A stretch of 28,534 bases of DNA from contig JAHPZE010000041.1 of the NCBI GenBank assembly GCA_019058365.1, forward strand, positions 1-28,534, read 5' to 3'. A program made the translations under genes and the position numbers. Numbering within the stretch: the stretch's first letter is position 1; each line of letters begins with the position of its first letter. A model generated the notes under the pieces. That model saw only the letters and a program-made list of their open reading frames with translations, had not been told where the DNA came from and searched no databases. The DNA is from Promethearchaeota archaeon (GTDB lineage: Archaea; Asgardarchaeota; Lokiarchaeia; Sigyniarchaeales; SOKP01). Below are positions 18,776 to 26,838 of the stretch, in pieces.

Positions 18776-19969
18776 ATGTCTTATATTGATAAAGATAAAT
18801 TACGAGCCTTATTCAAGTGGTATATGCAAGAAGTAGGAGAAATCTTAGTTTCTGTTCTTGTAGTTGGGCGTGATGGGTTAGTAATTGATATTTTAACAAG
18901 AGAATCTGATAAATTAGAGGAAAAAAAGTTTATTGGAGCATTTAGTTCTTTGGTTGAATTAGTATTAAAAAAATTAACTCACGATTTTGATCTTGGAACT
19001 TTTGGTGCGGGAACTTTTGATACAGATAAATACAGATTCATTTTTTGTGAATCTGGATCTGAATATGTTTTAGTTTCTATACTCAATCATACTGCTTTAG
19101 TTGATGATGTATTTCCATATACTTATTTAACTGCTGATAAAGTATCAAGGATTATTGATGGAGAATTACCAGTTAGTCCTGTAATTCCGAAAGTAAAAAG
19201 AGATACTGAACTTGAAAAAATAAAGCGAAAAATGGAATATTACCAAAGTAAGCCTCACTCACCTGAGTATGTCTATAAACTTTCTCTGATTGGAGATAAT
19301 AAAGTTGGAAAAACCAGTTTGGCTCAAAGATACGTTCATGGAATATTTAAAACTGATTATAAAGCAACCATAGGTACTTATATTTCTAAGAAAGAATGTG
19401 AATTTAAAGAATTGGGGACTTCTGTCAGATTTATGATATGGGATTTAGCAGGACAAAGTCAATTTGAACGATTATGGCCAGATTATTTAACAGATTCTCG
19501 CGTAGGAATCATTGTTTTTGACATATCAAATAGAGCATCTTTTGAGCATGTCAAGAAATGGTATGATATCATCACAAGAGTCGCATTACCTCATATTGTT
19601 CTGATTCTGGTTGGTAATAAAGTTGATCTAAATGCTTCAAGAGTTGTTTCAGCTGAAGAAGGTATGGAACTAGCTAAAAAATTAAAGATCTATTATATGG
19701 AAACCTCAGCAAAAACAAATGAGAATATCGATGATGTTTTTGAGTGGATTGCTCTTCAAATCATTAATATGAATATTGAAGAAGTAAAGGATACATTATT
19801 CGACAAGCAAATGGAGGAAGGATCAAAATTTGTAATTTCAAGCCCTCAATTGAAAATATTGAATCAATATTTCACGAAACAATTAGATTATTGCATAGGA
19901 AAAGGTGATACCAAAGAAATTTTTAAACACTTAGATATTTTAAAAGCAATAGAAAAAAATAAGTTATAG
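18776..19969 (+). CDS. Roadblock/LC7-like domain fused to Rab-like small GTPase
   Basis: N-terminal SVLVVGRDGLVI (roadblock-like). G1 GDNKVGKTS, G2 YKATIG, G3 WDLAGQ, G4 GNKVD, G5 ETSAK. Confidence 0.92.
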   Translation: MSYIDKDKLRALFKWYMQEVGEILVSVLVVGRDGLVIDILTRESDKLEEKKFIGAFSSLVELVLKKLTHDFDLGTFGAGTFDTDKYRFIFCESGSEYVLVSILNHTALVDDVFPYTYLTADKVSRIIDGELPVSPVIPKVKRDTELEKIKRKMEYYQSKPHSPEYVYKLSLIGDNKVGKTSLAQRYVHGIFKTDYKATIGTYISKKECEFKELGTSVRFMIWDLAGQSQFERLWPDYLTDSRVGIIVFDISNRASFEHVKKWYDIITRVALPHIVLILVGNKVDLNASRVVSAEEGMELAKKLKIYYMETSAKTNENIDDVFEWIALQIINMNIEEVKDTLFDKQMEEGSKFVISSPQLKILNQYFTKQLDYCIGKGDTKEIFKHLDILKAIEKNKL

Positions 19970-19986
19970 AGTAATTTAGAAACATA

Positions 19987-22887
19987 TTAATTATTTATAT
20001 AAAGAGCGGGCTTGAACGGTTTTGCTCTTGTAGATCTTTGTTTTGGATCAAAATCGGAATTGATTACAATCAAGGAATTTACTCGTTTTTCTATATAGGA
20101 CTTATAATGATTAAGTAATTCAATTTCATCTACTTTTGGTAATTGTTTTTCCCATATCCGATCTTTTATTTGACTTTTTATAAAAGAGATAAGTTCTTTA
20201 TTAGATAATAATTCCCTTTCTTTTTGTATCTCAGAGATTATATCATCAAAATTATCTTTTTTTGATAATATCATATTTAATGCTTTATACTTCCATATAG
20301 GAGCCGTATATATATGTATTTCATCAGATTTCAATGATTTTACGATTTTCTTTATATTGAAAATATCCTCAATAACATTTGAGATATACTCAAATTCAAG
20401 TTCAAGGTTCGTATTAATATATTGTGTATTAAAGTCTCCCCAAATTATTTTTGAAATAAATCCTTCATTTCCGGCAATTTCCCATAATTCTTCACATAAA
20501 TGAGGCATTGTTAAGGAAAGTATTTTTAACCAATCTTTATAAATCAATTTAAAAACTATTAGAAAGTCATTTATGTCATCTGTATCCCTTGAAAATTCCT
20601 GTATTAGATTAAAAACCTCATAAAATGATGTTTGAAGATATCTCCTTATATTGTATTCTTCTAATGCCTCTTTAGCTTCAATAAATTTCTTAATAATTTT
20701 AGAGAGCATCACTTTTGAGTATTTAGAGTTAATATCTTCAAATTTAGCTTCAATATTTTTTGATTGCTTAATTCTATCATAATTGAAACTATAAAATTTG
20801 AATATGTGATTTTTAACAGTTTCTACCTCTTTTTCTCGAAAATCCATATACACACCGAAATCAGCACCGTGAGATATATAGAATCTAAACAAATCAGCAG
20901 AATAATTTTTTTTTATATCTGCAAGAGGAATCACATTTCCTTTTGATTTGCCCATTTTTTGTCCTTCTACATTTACTGGTTCGATTAAAGTAATTATTTT
21001 TGGCCAATGTTTCTCTGGGAAGATAGCAACATGATGGAATATATAAAAACTTAAATGATTTGATATGTGCATGATAGCTGTATGTCTATGATCAACTGGA
21101 TACCAGTATAGAAACTCCTTCTGCATTTCTTTAAGTAGTTCTTCTTCTATACTCGTCTGTTTTGCAAGTTTCTTAATATCTCCTTTCTCTAAGAATACAA
21201 AATCAAAGAATTCTGGAATTAGCTGATCTAATGCAATCTGATATTCCCTTATTTTATGCACAATAGTGTAGAATGCCATGTAAATTGTACTATCACTTAG
21301 GGATTCTATTATCCATTCTTTATTAAAGGGAAATTTCGTCCCTAGACCTCTTTTTCTTGCGCAGGGTCTTTTTTCAAGCCAATTAAAAATATTTTCAAAA
21401 TTTAATCGATATTTGTGAGGTATAATTTTCATGTCATTAAGGCACTTAAATGCTTTTTTCTTCCATTCTCCTGCATTAAAATTCAGAAACCACTGATCTT
21501 TTAAAATGGAAACGATAATGTTAGCTCCACATTTGCATTTAAGATTTTTAGTAACTGGAATAAATAATTTATCAGCTCTATTCTCTTCGATTAAATCTTC
21601 TGAAACTTGTTTAGCAGCATCACTAACCTTCATTCCTTGGTATTTACCACATTTATCATTAAGAAATCCATTATAAAATTCAGTTTTATAATTCTCACTT
21701 GTTGCTAAATCTAGTTTTTCTTTATCTATTTGAGATTCAACATCATATTTTTCACAATATATTTTTGCGGGAAAATCCTTGAACCCTTTTAATTCAATAA
21801 TTTGAATTGGATAAATTAATTCGATTTCTCGTTTATCTAAATTAAATTCTTCAATTAATTCTGTATCTTTTTGTAAATCAATTAAAGCTATATAATCATA
21901 AGGAGCATGAGCTGGAACTGAATAAACTACACCAGTAGCTGTAGCTGTATCAACAAAATCTCCGGGTAAAATTGGAATTTCTTTAATTCCATAAACATCC
22001 CTAGCCTTTTTTCCAATGATTTTACTTCCTTTAAACTTTTTTAATATTTCAATCTCTTTATTTTGATTTTTTAATATATGGGTTGCTTCCTCGGAAATAA
22101 ACCATATCTCCTCATTTAAAGATGCCTTAATATAATCTCCATTTGGCTTTATCCATATATTTGTAACTCCGTAGACTGTTTCTGGTCTTAATGTAGAAGC
22201 CACGAGAAAACCATCTTCAAAAGGGAATTTTATACAAATAAATTCATTAATATTAAGGTCTAACTCATCCCCACTATCAATATCGTCCTCGCCTACAGCA
22301 TTCTTATCTCGTGGACAATATAAAATTGGATATTCACCCTTTTCAATATATCCCTTTTCATTTAAATGATAATATTGCCATTCGATGAATTTATTATAGA
22401 TTTTATCTCCAGTTGTAAATTCTCTTCTCCAGTCCAAACTCATACCAATTGATTTAAAATCAATTTTAATAGTATTAGAAAAGTATTTTACAATATTCCA
22501 TGGATCTACAAAACTATCAACAATTTCATCTACTTTTTTTTGATCTTTAGTATGTAATGATACGTATTCTTTCATCCTAGTTATTTGTATTTGAACCCCT
22601 CTTTCTATAGAAGAAGAAATTGCTAAAACTGGAGTACCAGTTATATGAAATGCCATAGGATATAACACATTATATCCTTTCGCCCGATAATATCTTGCAA
22701 ATATATCTCCGTTAATAAAACTTCTTCCATGACCTATATGAGTAGGACCTGAGGCATATGGATAAGGAGAGGTAATAAAAATTTTCTTTCTTTTCTTATC
22801 TGGATTTGCTTCGAATATTTTTGCTTGCTCCCATCTATCTTGCCATTTCTTTTCAATTTCTAGTGGAATATACATTTCTTTTAACAC
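19987..22887 (-). CDS. leuS: Leucyl-tRNA synthetase (archaeal/eukaryal type)
   Basis: IEKKWQ..W, PYPYASGPTHIGH, HITGTP, DWRREFTT, TLRPET, TGVVYSVPAHAPYD, IESLSDSTIYMA, KMGKSKGN, C-terminal AKPFKPALYI. Start is GTG 22887 or ATG 22875. Confidence 0.97.
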   Translation of the reverse strand: MLKEMYIPLEIEKKWQDRWEQAKIFEANPDKKRKKIFITSPYPYASGPTHIGHGRSFINGDIFARYYRAKGYNVLYPMAFHITGTPVLAISSSIERGVQIQITRMKEYVSLHTKDQKKVDEIVDSFVDPWNIVKYFSNTIKIDFKSIGMSLDWRREFTTGDKIYNKFIEWQYYHLNEKGYIEKGEYPILYCPRDKNAVGEDDIDSGDELDLNINEFICIKFPFEDGFLVASTLRPETVYGVTNIWIKPNGDYIKASLNEEIWFISEEATHILKNQNKEIEILKKFKGSKIIGKKARDVYGIKEIPILPGDFVDTATATGVVYSVPAHAPYDYIALIDLQKDTELIEEFNLDKREIELIYPIQIIELKGFKDFPAKIYCEKYDVESQIDKEKLDLATSENYKTEFYNGFLNDKCGKYQGMKVSDAAKQVSEDLIEENRADKLFIPVTKNLKCKCGANIIVSILKDQWFLNFNAGEWKKKAFKCLNDMKIIPHKYRLNFENIFNWLEKRPCARKRGLGTKFPFNKEWIIESLSDSTIYMAFYTIVHKIREYQIALDQLIPEFFDFVFLEKGDIKKLAKQTSIEEELLKEMQKEFLYWYPVDHRHTAIMHISNHLSFYIFHHVAIFPEKHWPKIITLIEPVNVEGQKMGKSKGNVIPLADIKKNYSADLFRFYISHGADFGVYMDFREKEVETVKNHIFKFYSFNYDRIKQSKNIEAKFEDINSKYSKVMLSKIIKKFIEAKEALEEYNIRRYLQTSFYEVFNLIQEFSRDTDDINDFLIVFKLIYKDWLKILSLTMPHLCEELWEIAGNEGFISKIIWGDFNTQYINTNLELEFEYISNVIEDIFNIKKIVKSLKSDEIHIYTAPIWKYKALNMILSKKDNFDDIISEIQKERELLSNKELISFIKSQIKDRIWEKQLPKVDEIELLNHYKSYIEKRVNSLIVINSDFDPKQRSTRAKPFKPALYINN

Positions 22888-22942
22888 ATTCTTGGTTTTT
22901 TCTGCTTTACTTCAAGTTTAATTCTTATTTGAGTAAATAACC

Positions 22943-23051
22943 ACCCATGATCTCTTTCAGTTAAATTTACCAACCAAGCGAACAAATCCGTGGAAAAAGT
23001 AAAAGAGAAAGAGCATAGGGATTTGTTTCGCTCAAGGTAATAATAAAACTG
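22943..23051 (-). promoter_or_regulatory. Candidate attenuator RNA structure in the leuS 5' leader
   Basis: Core stem AGCGA(A)ACAAAUCC (23032-23019)/GGAUUUGUUCGCU (22989-22977), extended by UUACC/GGUAA and CAGUU/AACUG. The loop holds a pyrimidine tract. Alternative helix CCUAUG-CUCUUUC/GAAAGAG-AU-CAUGGG. Confidence 0.65.
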
Positions 23052-23091
23052 CGAGTAAATCGACTGATAATACTTTTTCTATTAAATTCAT
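23032..23091 (-). CDS. Putative leuS leader peptide MNLIEKVLSVDLLAVLLLP (7 Leu of 19)
   Basis: ATG AAT TTA ATA GAA AAA GTA TTA TCA GTC GAT TTA CTC GCA GTT TTA TTA TTA CCT TGA; about 29 nt after a TATA box and about 145 nt before leuS. Confidence 0.7.
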   Translation of the reverse strand: MNLIEKVLSVDLLAVLLLP

Positions 23092-23119
23092 CTTCAACGC
23101 AGTCTTATTTGAAATCATT

Positions 23120-23127
23120 CTTATAAA
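23120..23127 (-). promoter_or_regulatory. Archaeal TATA box (TTTATAAG) for the leader-leuS transcript
   Basis: Consensus-like TTTATAA whose spacing would place the TSS a few nt before the leader ATG. The AT-rich context lowers specificity. Confidence 0.5.
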
Positions 23128-23405
23128 GAGTATATACATTTTTATATTAAAATATTTCCAAGTCCTGATATTATAATATATTACTCTAAATTAAACGAAG
23201 ATACATATTGCAGTTAAGTCTAATGCAATAACTCGTTTTTAGAAAATAATGTAAATTGTTAAATATATAAAGGTTCCACTTTTTATTTTACTCTTCCATT
23301 AATTACATAAAATAAAGAGTAAATAATCTTTCTCCAAAAAAATAATACGAATCTAAAATTCATGACTATATAATCCTTTTTAATAAAATTCAAATTTTAT
23401 TACTT

Positions 23406-24026
23406 ATGTCAATAACGAAAAAAAATGCTGAAATCAAAGCAGAAAATATTGTAAGGAGAGTATTAGAAGAAAAAAATTATCTTTCTAAAGTGTTAAAAGG
23501 AATTCTGGCTAAAGAAGATTCAGTGAGATATCCAAATGCGATCGCTTTAGAAATTCTAAGTAAGGAGAATCCTAAAATTATTTATCCTGAATGGAATTTT
23601 TTTGTTAATTTACTCAAAAGCAAAAATGCTTATCATAAATCGATTGTAATCTCTACAATTTCAAATTTAACTATAATAGATGAAAAAAATAGATTTGAAG
23701 AAATTTTTGAAGATTTTTTTAGCCTTATTGATGATAAAAGTGTTATTGTTTCTAGAAAGTTAGCAATTTATGCAGGGAGAATTGCTACTGCTAAACTCTC
23801 ATTAAAATCTAAAATAACGGCAGTTTTGCTAAGTATTGATGATACTCAACATAGTCCAAGTCGCAAAGATTTAATAAAAGGAGACATTATTGAAAGTTTT
23901 AGTGAATATTTTGAAGATATTAAGGATAAAAAAACAATTATCGAATTTGTCAAAAAACAATTAGATAGTAGTAGTCCAAGTACAGTGAAGAAAGCTAAAG
24001 AATTTCTCTTAAAATGGGAAAAATAA
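23406..24026 (+). CDS. HEAT/ARM-like alpha-solenoid hypothetical protein
   Basis: Repeated HEAT-like units: DSVRYPNAIALEILS, LIDDKSVIVSRKLA, QLDSSSPSTVKKAKEFL. Confidence 0.7.
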   Translation: MSITKKNAEIKAENIVRRVLEEKNYLSKVLKGILAKEDSVRYPNAIALEILSKENPKIIYPEWNFFVNLLKSKNAYHKSIVISTISNLTIIDEKNRFEEIFEDFFSLIDDKSVIVSRKLAIYAGRIATAKLSLKSKITAVLLSIDDTQHSPSRKDLIKGDIIESFSEYFEDIKDKKTIIEFVKKQLDSSSPSTVKKAKEFLLKWEK

Positions 24027-24131
24027 ATTAACTATTAAATTACTTAAAATTTCTATTTATAAGTATTAAAACTTTTAATCTTTCTGTTTATTATATAGAT
24101 TTAAATCAAAATAAAATAATTGTGAATTTAT

Positions 24132-25586
24132 ATGGTTGATTTTAATCCAAAAGTGTTAAATAAAGAGGAATTAAGTGCAATCTCAGCAGGAGTAAATGAA
24201 GAAGAATTATTATTATTTGATAAACATTTATTAGACAATTATTATGACAGTAATGTGTTCATTGAAGCTAAAGAACCAGGGTCCCCTTGGGTTATTGTAA
24301 AGGACTTTAAAACGGGAGAACAATCTGAAAAGCTTGATTGCACTGCTCAATATTGGTCATTAGCATTAGGATTTGCTCATCCTGATGTAAATTACGCTGT
24401 GGCAGAACAAATGAAAAGATTTACTCATATTAAATCAGAAGGTGTATTTCCCTCCCGTGCTAAGTTTATCAATAAATTATCTGAATTATGTCCAGGTAGA
24501 TTGAAAGGAGGAAGAGTTAAAATAAATAATGAAGGTGGGAGTTTAGCAGTTGAAGCAGCTGTAAAATTCGCTTTAGTGGCATCCAAAGGTGGAGATCATT
24601 TCCTAACCTTCCGAGGTGGCTACCACGGAAATACATTAGCTATGATAACAGCATCTCAACCTTTCCATACAATAACAAGATTTAGACCATTTGGCGTCGA
24701 TTTTTTTACGCGAGTTCCACAACCTTATTGTTATCGATGTTTATGGAATTATAAAAATGGATTATATGGTAAACAAGATCCTGAATGCAATTTAGAGTGC
24801 TTTAATTTAGTTAAAGAATATTTAATGGGTTTAACTTCAAGAAAATTAGCAGGAGTTATATTGGAACCTTGGCAGGCAGCAGGAGGTCATGTCCCATTTC
24901 CACCAGATTTTCTTGTTAAATTAAGAGAAGTTTGTGAACAAGAAAAGATCTTCATAATATATGATGAATCGCAAACAGGTGTGTATAGGACAGGGAAATA
25001 TTTTACTTTAACAGAAAAATATGAGAAGGAACTCGGAATTGATGTATCACCTGATATGATGTGCTTCACAAAAGCTATTGGTGGAGGTTTTCCTTTAGGC
25101 GCTATGATTGTCTCAAATAAAATAAAAAAACGATTTGGCCCAACAGAAGATCATACTACATTTTGTAATACGCCAATAGGCTGTACTGCGGGTCTTGCTT
25201 CTATCATGGTTATTGAAAGAGCAAAGATTGGAGAGAATTGTGAAGAAAGAGGGAAACAAATCACTAAACAACTAAAAGAACTTCAAGAGAAATATGATGT
25301 AATGGGTGATATTCGTGGTCCAGGATTATTCATAGGAATTGAGTTGGTTAAAGATCAAAAATCAAGAGAACATTTTACAGAGTTGATGGAAGATATGCTT
25401 CATGAGGGTGTAAGACAAAATATACTTTTTGGACCAAGTATGCCCTATTTAAGTGGAACAGGAAAGTTGTTAAAACGAAATTTAATTAAAATAAAACCCC
25501 CACTCAATATTACTGAAGAAGATGCTGATTTTATCTGTGATAAATTTGAAAGTGTGCTAAAAACATCACTTAACAATCTAAAATAA
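24132..25586 (+). CDS. Class-III PLP-dependent aminotransferase
   Basis: LGFAHP, GSLAVEAAVK, FRGGYHGNT, ILEPWQAAGG, DESQTGVYRTG, FTKAIGGGFPLGA, DIRGPGLFIGIELV, KIKPPL. Confidence 0.93.
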   Translation: MVDFNPKVLNKEELSAISAGVNEEELLLFDKHLLDNYYDSNVFIEAKEPGSPWVIVKDFKTGEQSEKLDCTAQYWSLALGFAHPDVNYAVAEQMKRFTHIKSEGVFPSRAKFINKLSELCPGRLKGGRVKINNEGGSLAVEAAVKFALVASKGGDHFLTFRGGYHGNTLAMITASQPFHTITRFRPFGVDFFTRVPQPYCYRCLWNYKNGLYGKQDPECNLECFNLVKEYLMGLTSRKLAGVILEPWQAAGGHVPFPPDFLVKLREVCEQEKIFIIYDESQTGVYRTGKYFTLTEKYEKELGIDVSPDMMCFTKAIGGGFPLGAMIVSNKIKKRFGPTEDHTTFCNTPIGCTAGLASIMVIERAKIGENCEERGKQITKQLKELQEKYDVMGDIRGPGLFIGIELVKDQKSREHFTELMEDMLHEGVRQNILFGPSMPYLSGTGKLLKRNLIKIKPPLNITEEDADFICDKFESVLKTSLNNLK

Positions 25587-25593
25587 GATTAAT

Positions 25594-26838
25594 ATGAATT
25601 CTCGTGAACGCGTTCTAGCAAGTATTAACCATAAAGAACCTAATAGTGTCCCAATTGATCTTGGTGGTTTTCCAGTTACAGGAATCTCTGCAATTGCATA
25701 TCATAACTTAAAGGAATATTTAGGAATTACATCAGGCCAAATCAGAGTTTATGATCTGATGCAACAACTAGCACAACCAGAGGAAAATCTGCTTGAGTTA
25801 TTTAAAGTGGATGTTTTGGATGTAGGAAGGACTTTTAATACTCATGAAGATGATTGGTATGATATTCAAGTAAATGGATATAACCTCCAATATCCAATTT
25901 GGTTCCAACAGAGACATAATCCTGACGATTCTTATGACATCCTCCATCGTGACGGTACTATAATTGCAAGGATGACTAAAGATGCATTAGTTTTCGATCA
26001 AACTTATTATCCATGCTTAGAAAATTACCCCGAAACATATAATGAATTTCAAAAGATGAATGCAAAAAATCCTTGGGTGGCTCAAGTAACACCTCCATTT
26101 AGTAATATTGGTGAAAAGAGATTTTGGAAAACTTTAAGAAAAAACGCCATTATGTTAAAAGAACAATCAAATAAAATAGTTGTTCTCAATTTAGGAAGTA
26201 CATCTTTTGAATTAGCGAGTTCGTTTAGGAGATTGGATAGATTTTTAATTGATTTAATTAGAAATACTTCTAAAGTCGAAAAGTTTCTTGATTTTATAAA
26301 TAAGTTCTTTATTAACTCACTTAGTGTGATATGTGGTTATGTGGGAGATGTTATTGATATTATAAAAATAGGTGATGACCTTGGTGAAAATAAAGGTCCT
26401 TTTATAAGCCCCAGAATTTTTCGAGAAATTTTTAAATCAAGAATTACAGAGATTTGCGATTTTATTAAGAAAAAAAGTACAATGAAAATTTTCTATCATT
26501 CTTGTGGCTCTATTGTACCTTTAATACCAGATTTAATCGACACAGGGATAGATATTCTCAATCCTGTACAAATTAACGCAAGAGATATGGACCCTAAATT
26601 TCTGAAGGACAATTTTGGTGATGAAATTACATTTTGGGGTGGTGGTGCTGATACACGTAATGTTATCAATAGAAAAAATCCTGAAGACGTTAAAAAGCAT
26701 GTATTAGAAATGCTTGAAATTTTTTTTCCAGGAGGAGGATATGTGTGGAATACAGTTCATAATATTTTGCCAGATGTCCCACCTCCAAACATAGTTGCTA
26801 TGTTTGAAGCTATCGAGGAATTTAATAATAATCTTTAA
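25594..26838 (+). CDS. Uroporphyrinogen decarboxylase-like / MtaA-CmuA family corrinoid methyltransferase-like protein
   Basis: MNSRERVLASINHKEP..VPIDLG, GDDLG..GPFISP, YHSCG, DILNPVQ, FWGGGADT, GGGYVWNTVHNI..DVPP.N; 7-nt gap after the aminotransferase. Confidence 0.85.
   Translation: MNSRERVLASINHKEPNSVPIDLGGFPVTGISAIAYHNLKEYLGITSGQIRVYDLMQQLAQPEENLLELFKVDVLDVGRTFNTHEDDWYDIQVNGYNLQYPIWFQQRHNPDDSYDILHRDGTIIARMTKDALVFDQTYYPCLENYPETYNEFQKMNAKNPWVAQVTPPFSNIGEKRFWKTLRKNAIMLKEQSNKIVVLNLGSTSFELASSFRRLDRFLIDLIRNTSKVEKFLDFINKFFINSLSVICGYVGDVIDIIKIGDDLGENKGPFISPRIFREIFKSRITEICDFIKKKSTMKIFYHSCGSIVPLIPDLIDTGIDILNPVQINARDMDPKFLKDNFGDEITFWGGGADTRNVINRKNPEDVKKHVLEMLEIFFPGGGYVWNTVHNILPDVPPPNIVAMFEAIEEFNNNL

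Noticed and set aside
22890-23100. Canonical T-box riboswitch upstream of leuS
   Set aside because: No UGGNACC antiterminator bulge, no recognisable Stem I, and no hairpin-plus-U-run terminator; the leader-peptide model fits better.
791-25069. Antisense/overlapping ORFs in the track (791-1174, 4871-5095, 7057-7239, 7279-7593, 8862-9059, 12614-12916, 15235-15492, 16225-16494, 20764-20946, 24887-25069)
   Set aside because: They overlap well-supported genes or the pseudogene, mostly on the opposite strand, and have no recognisable motifs; these are shadow ORFs.
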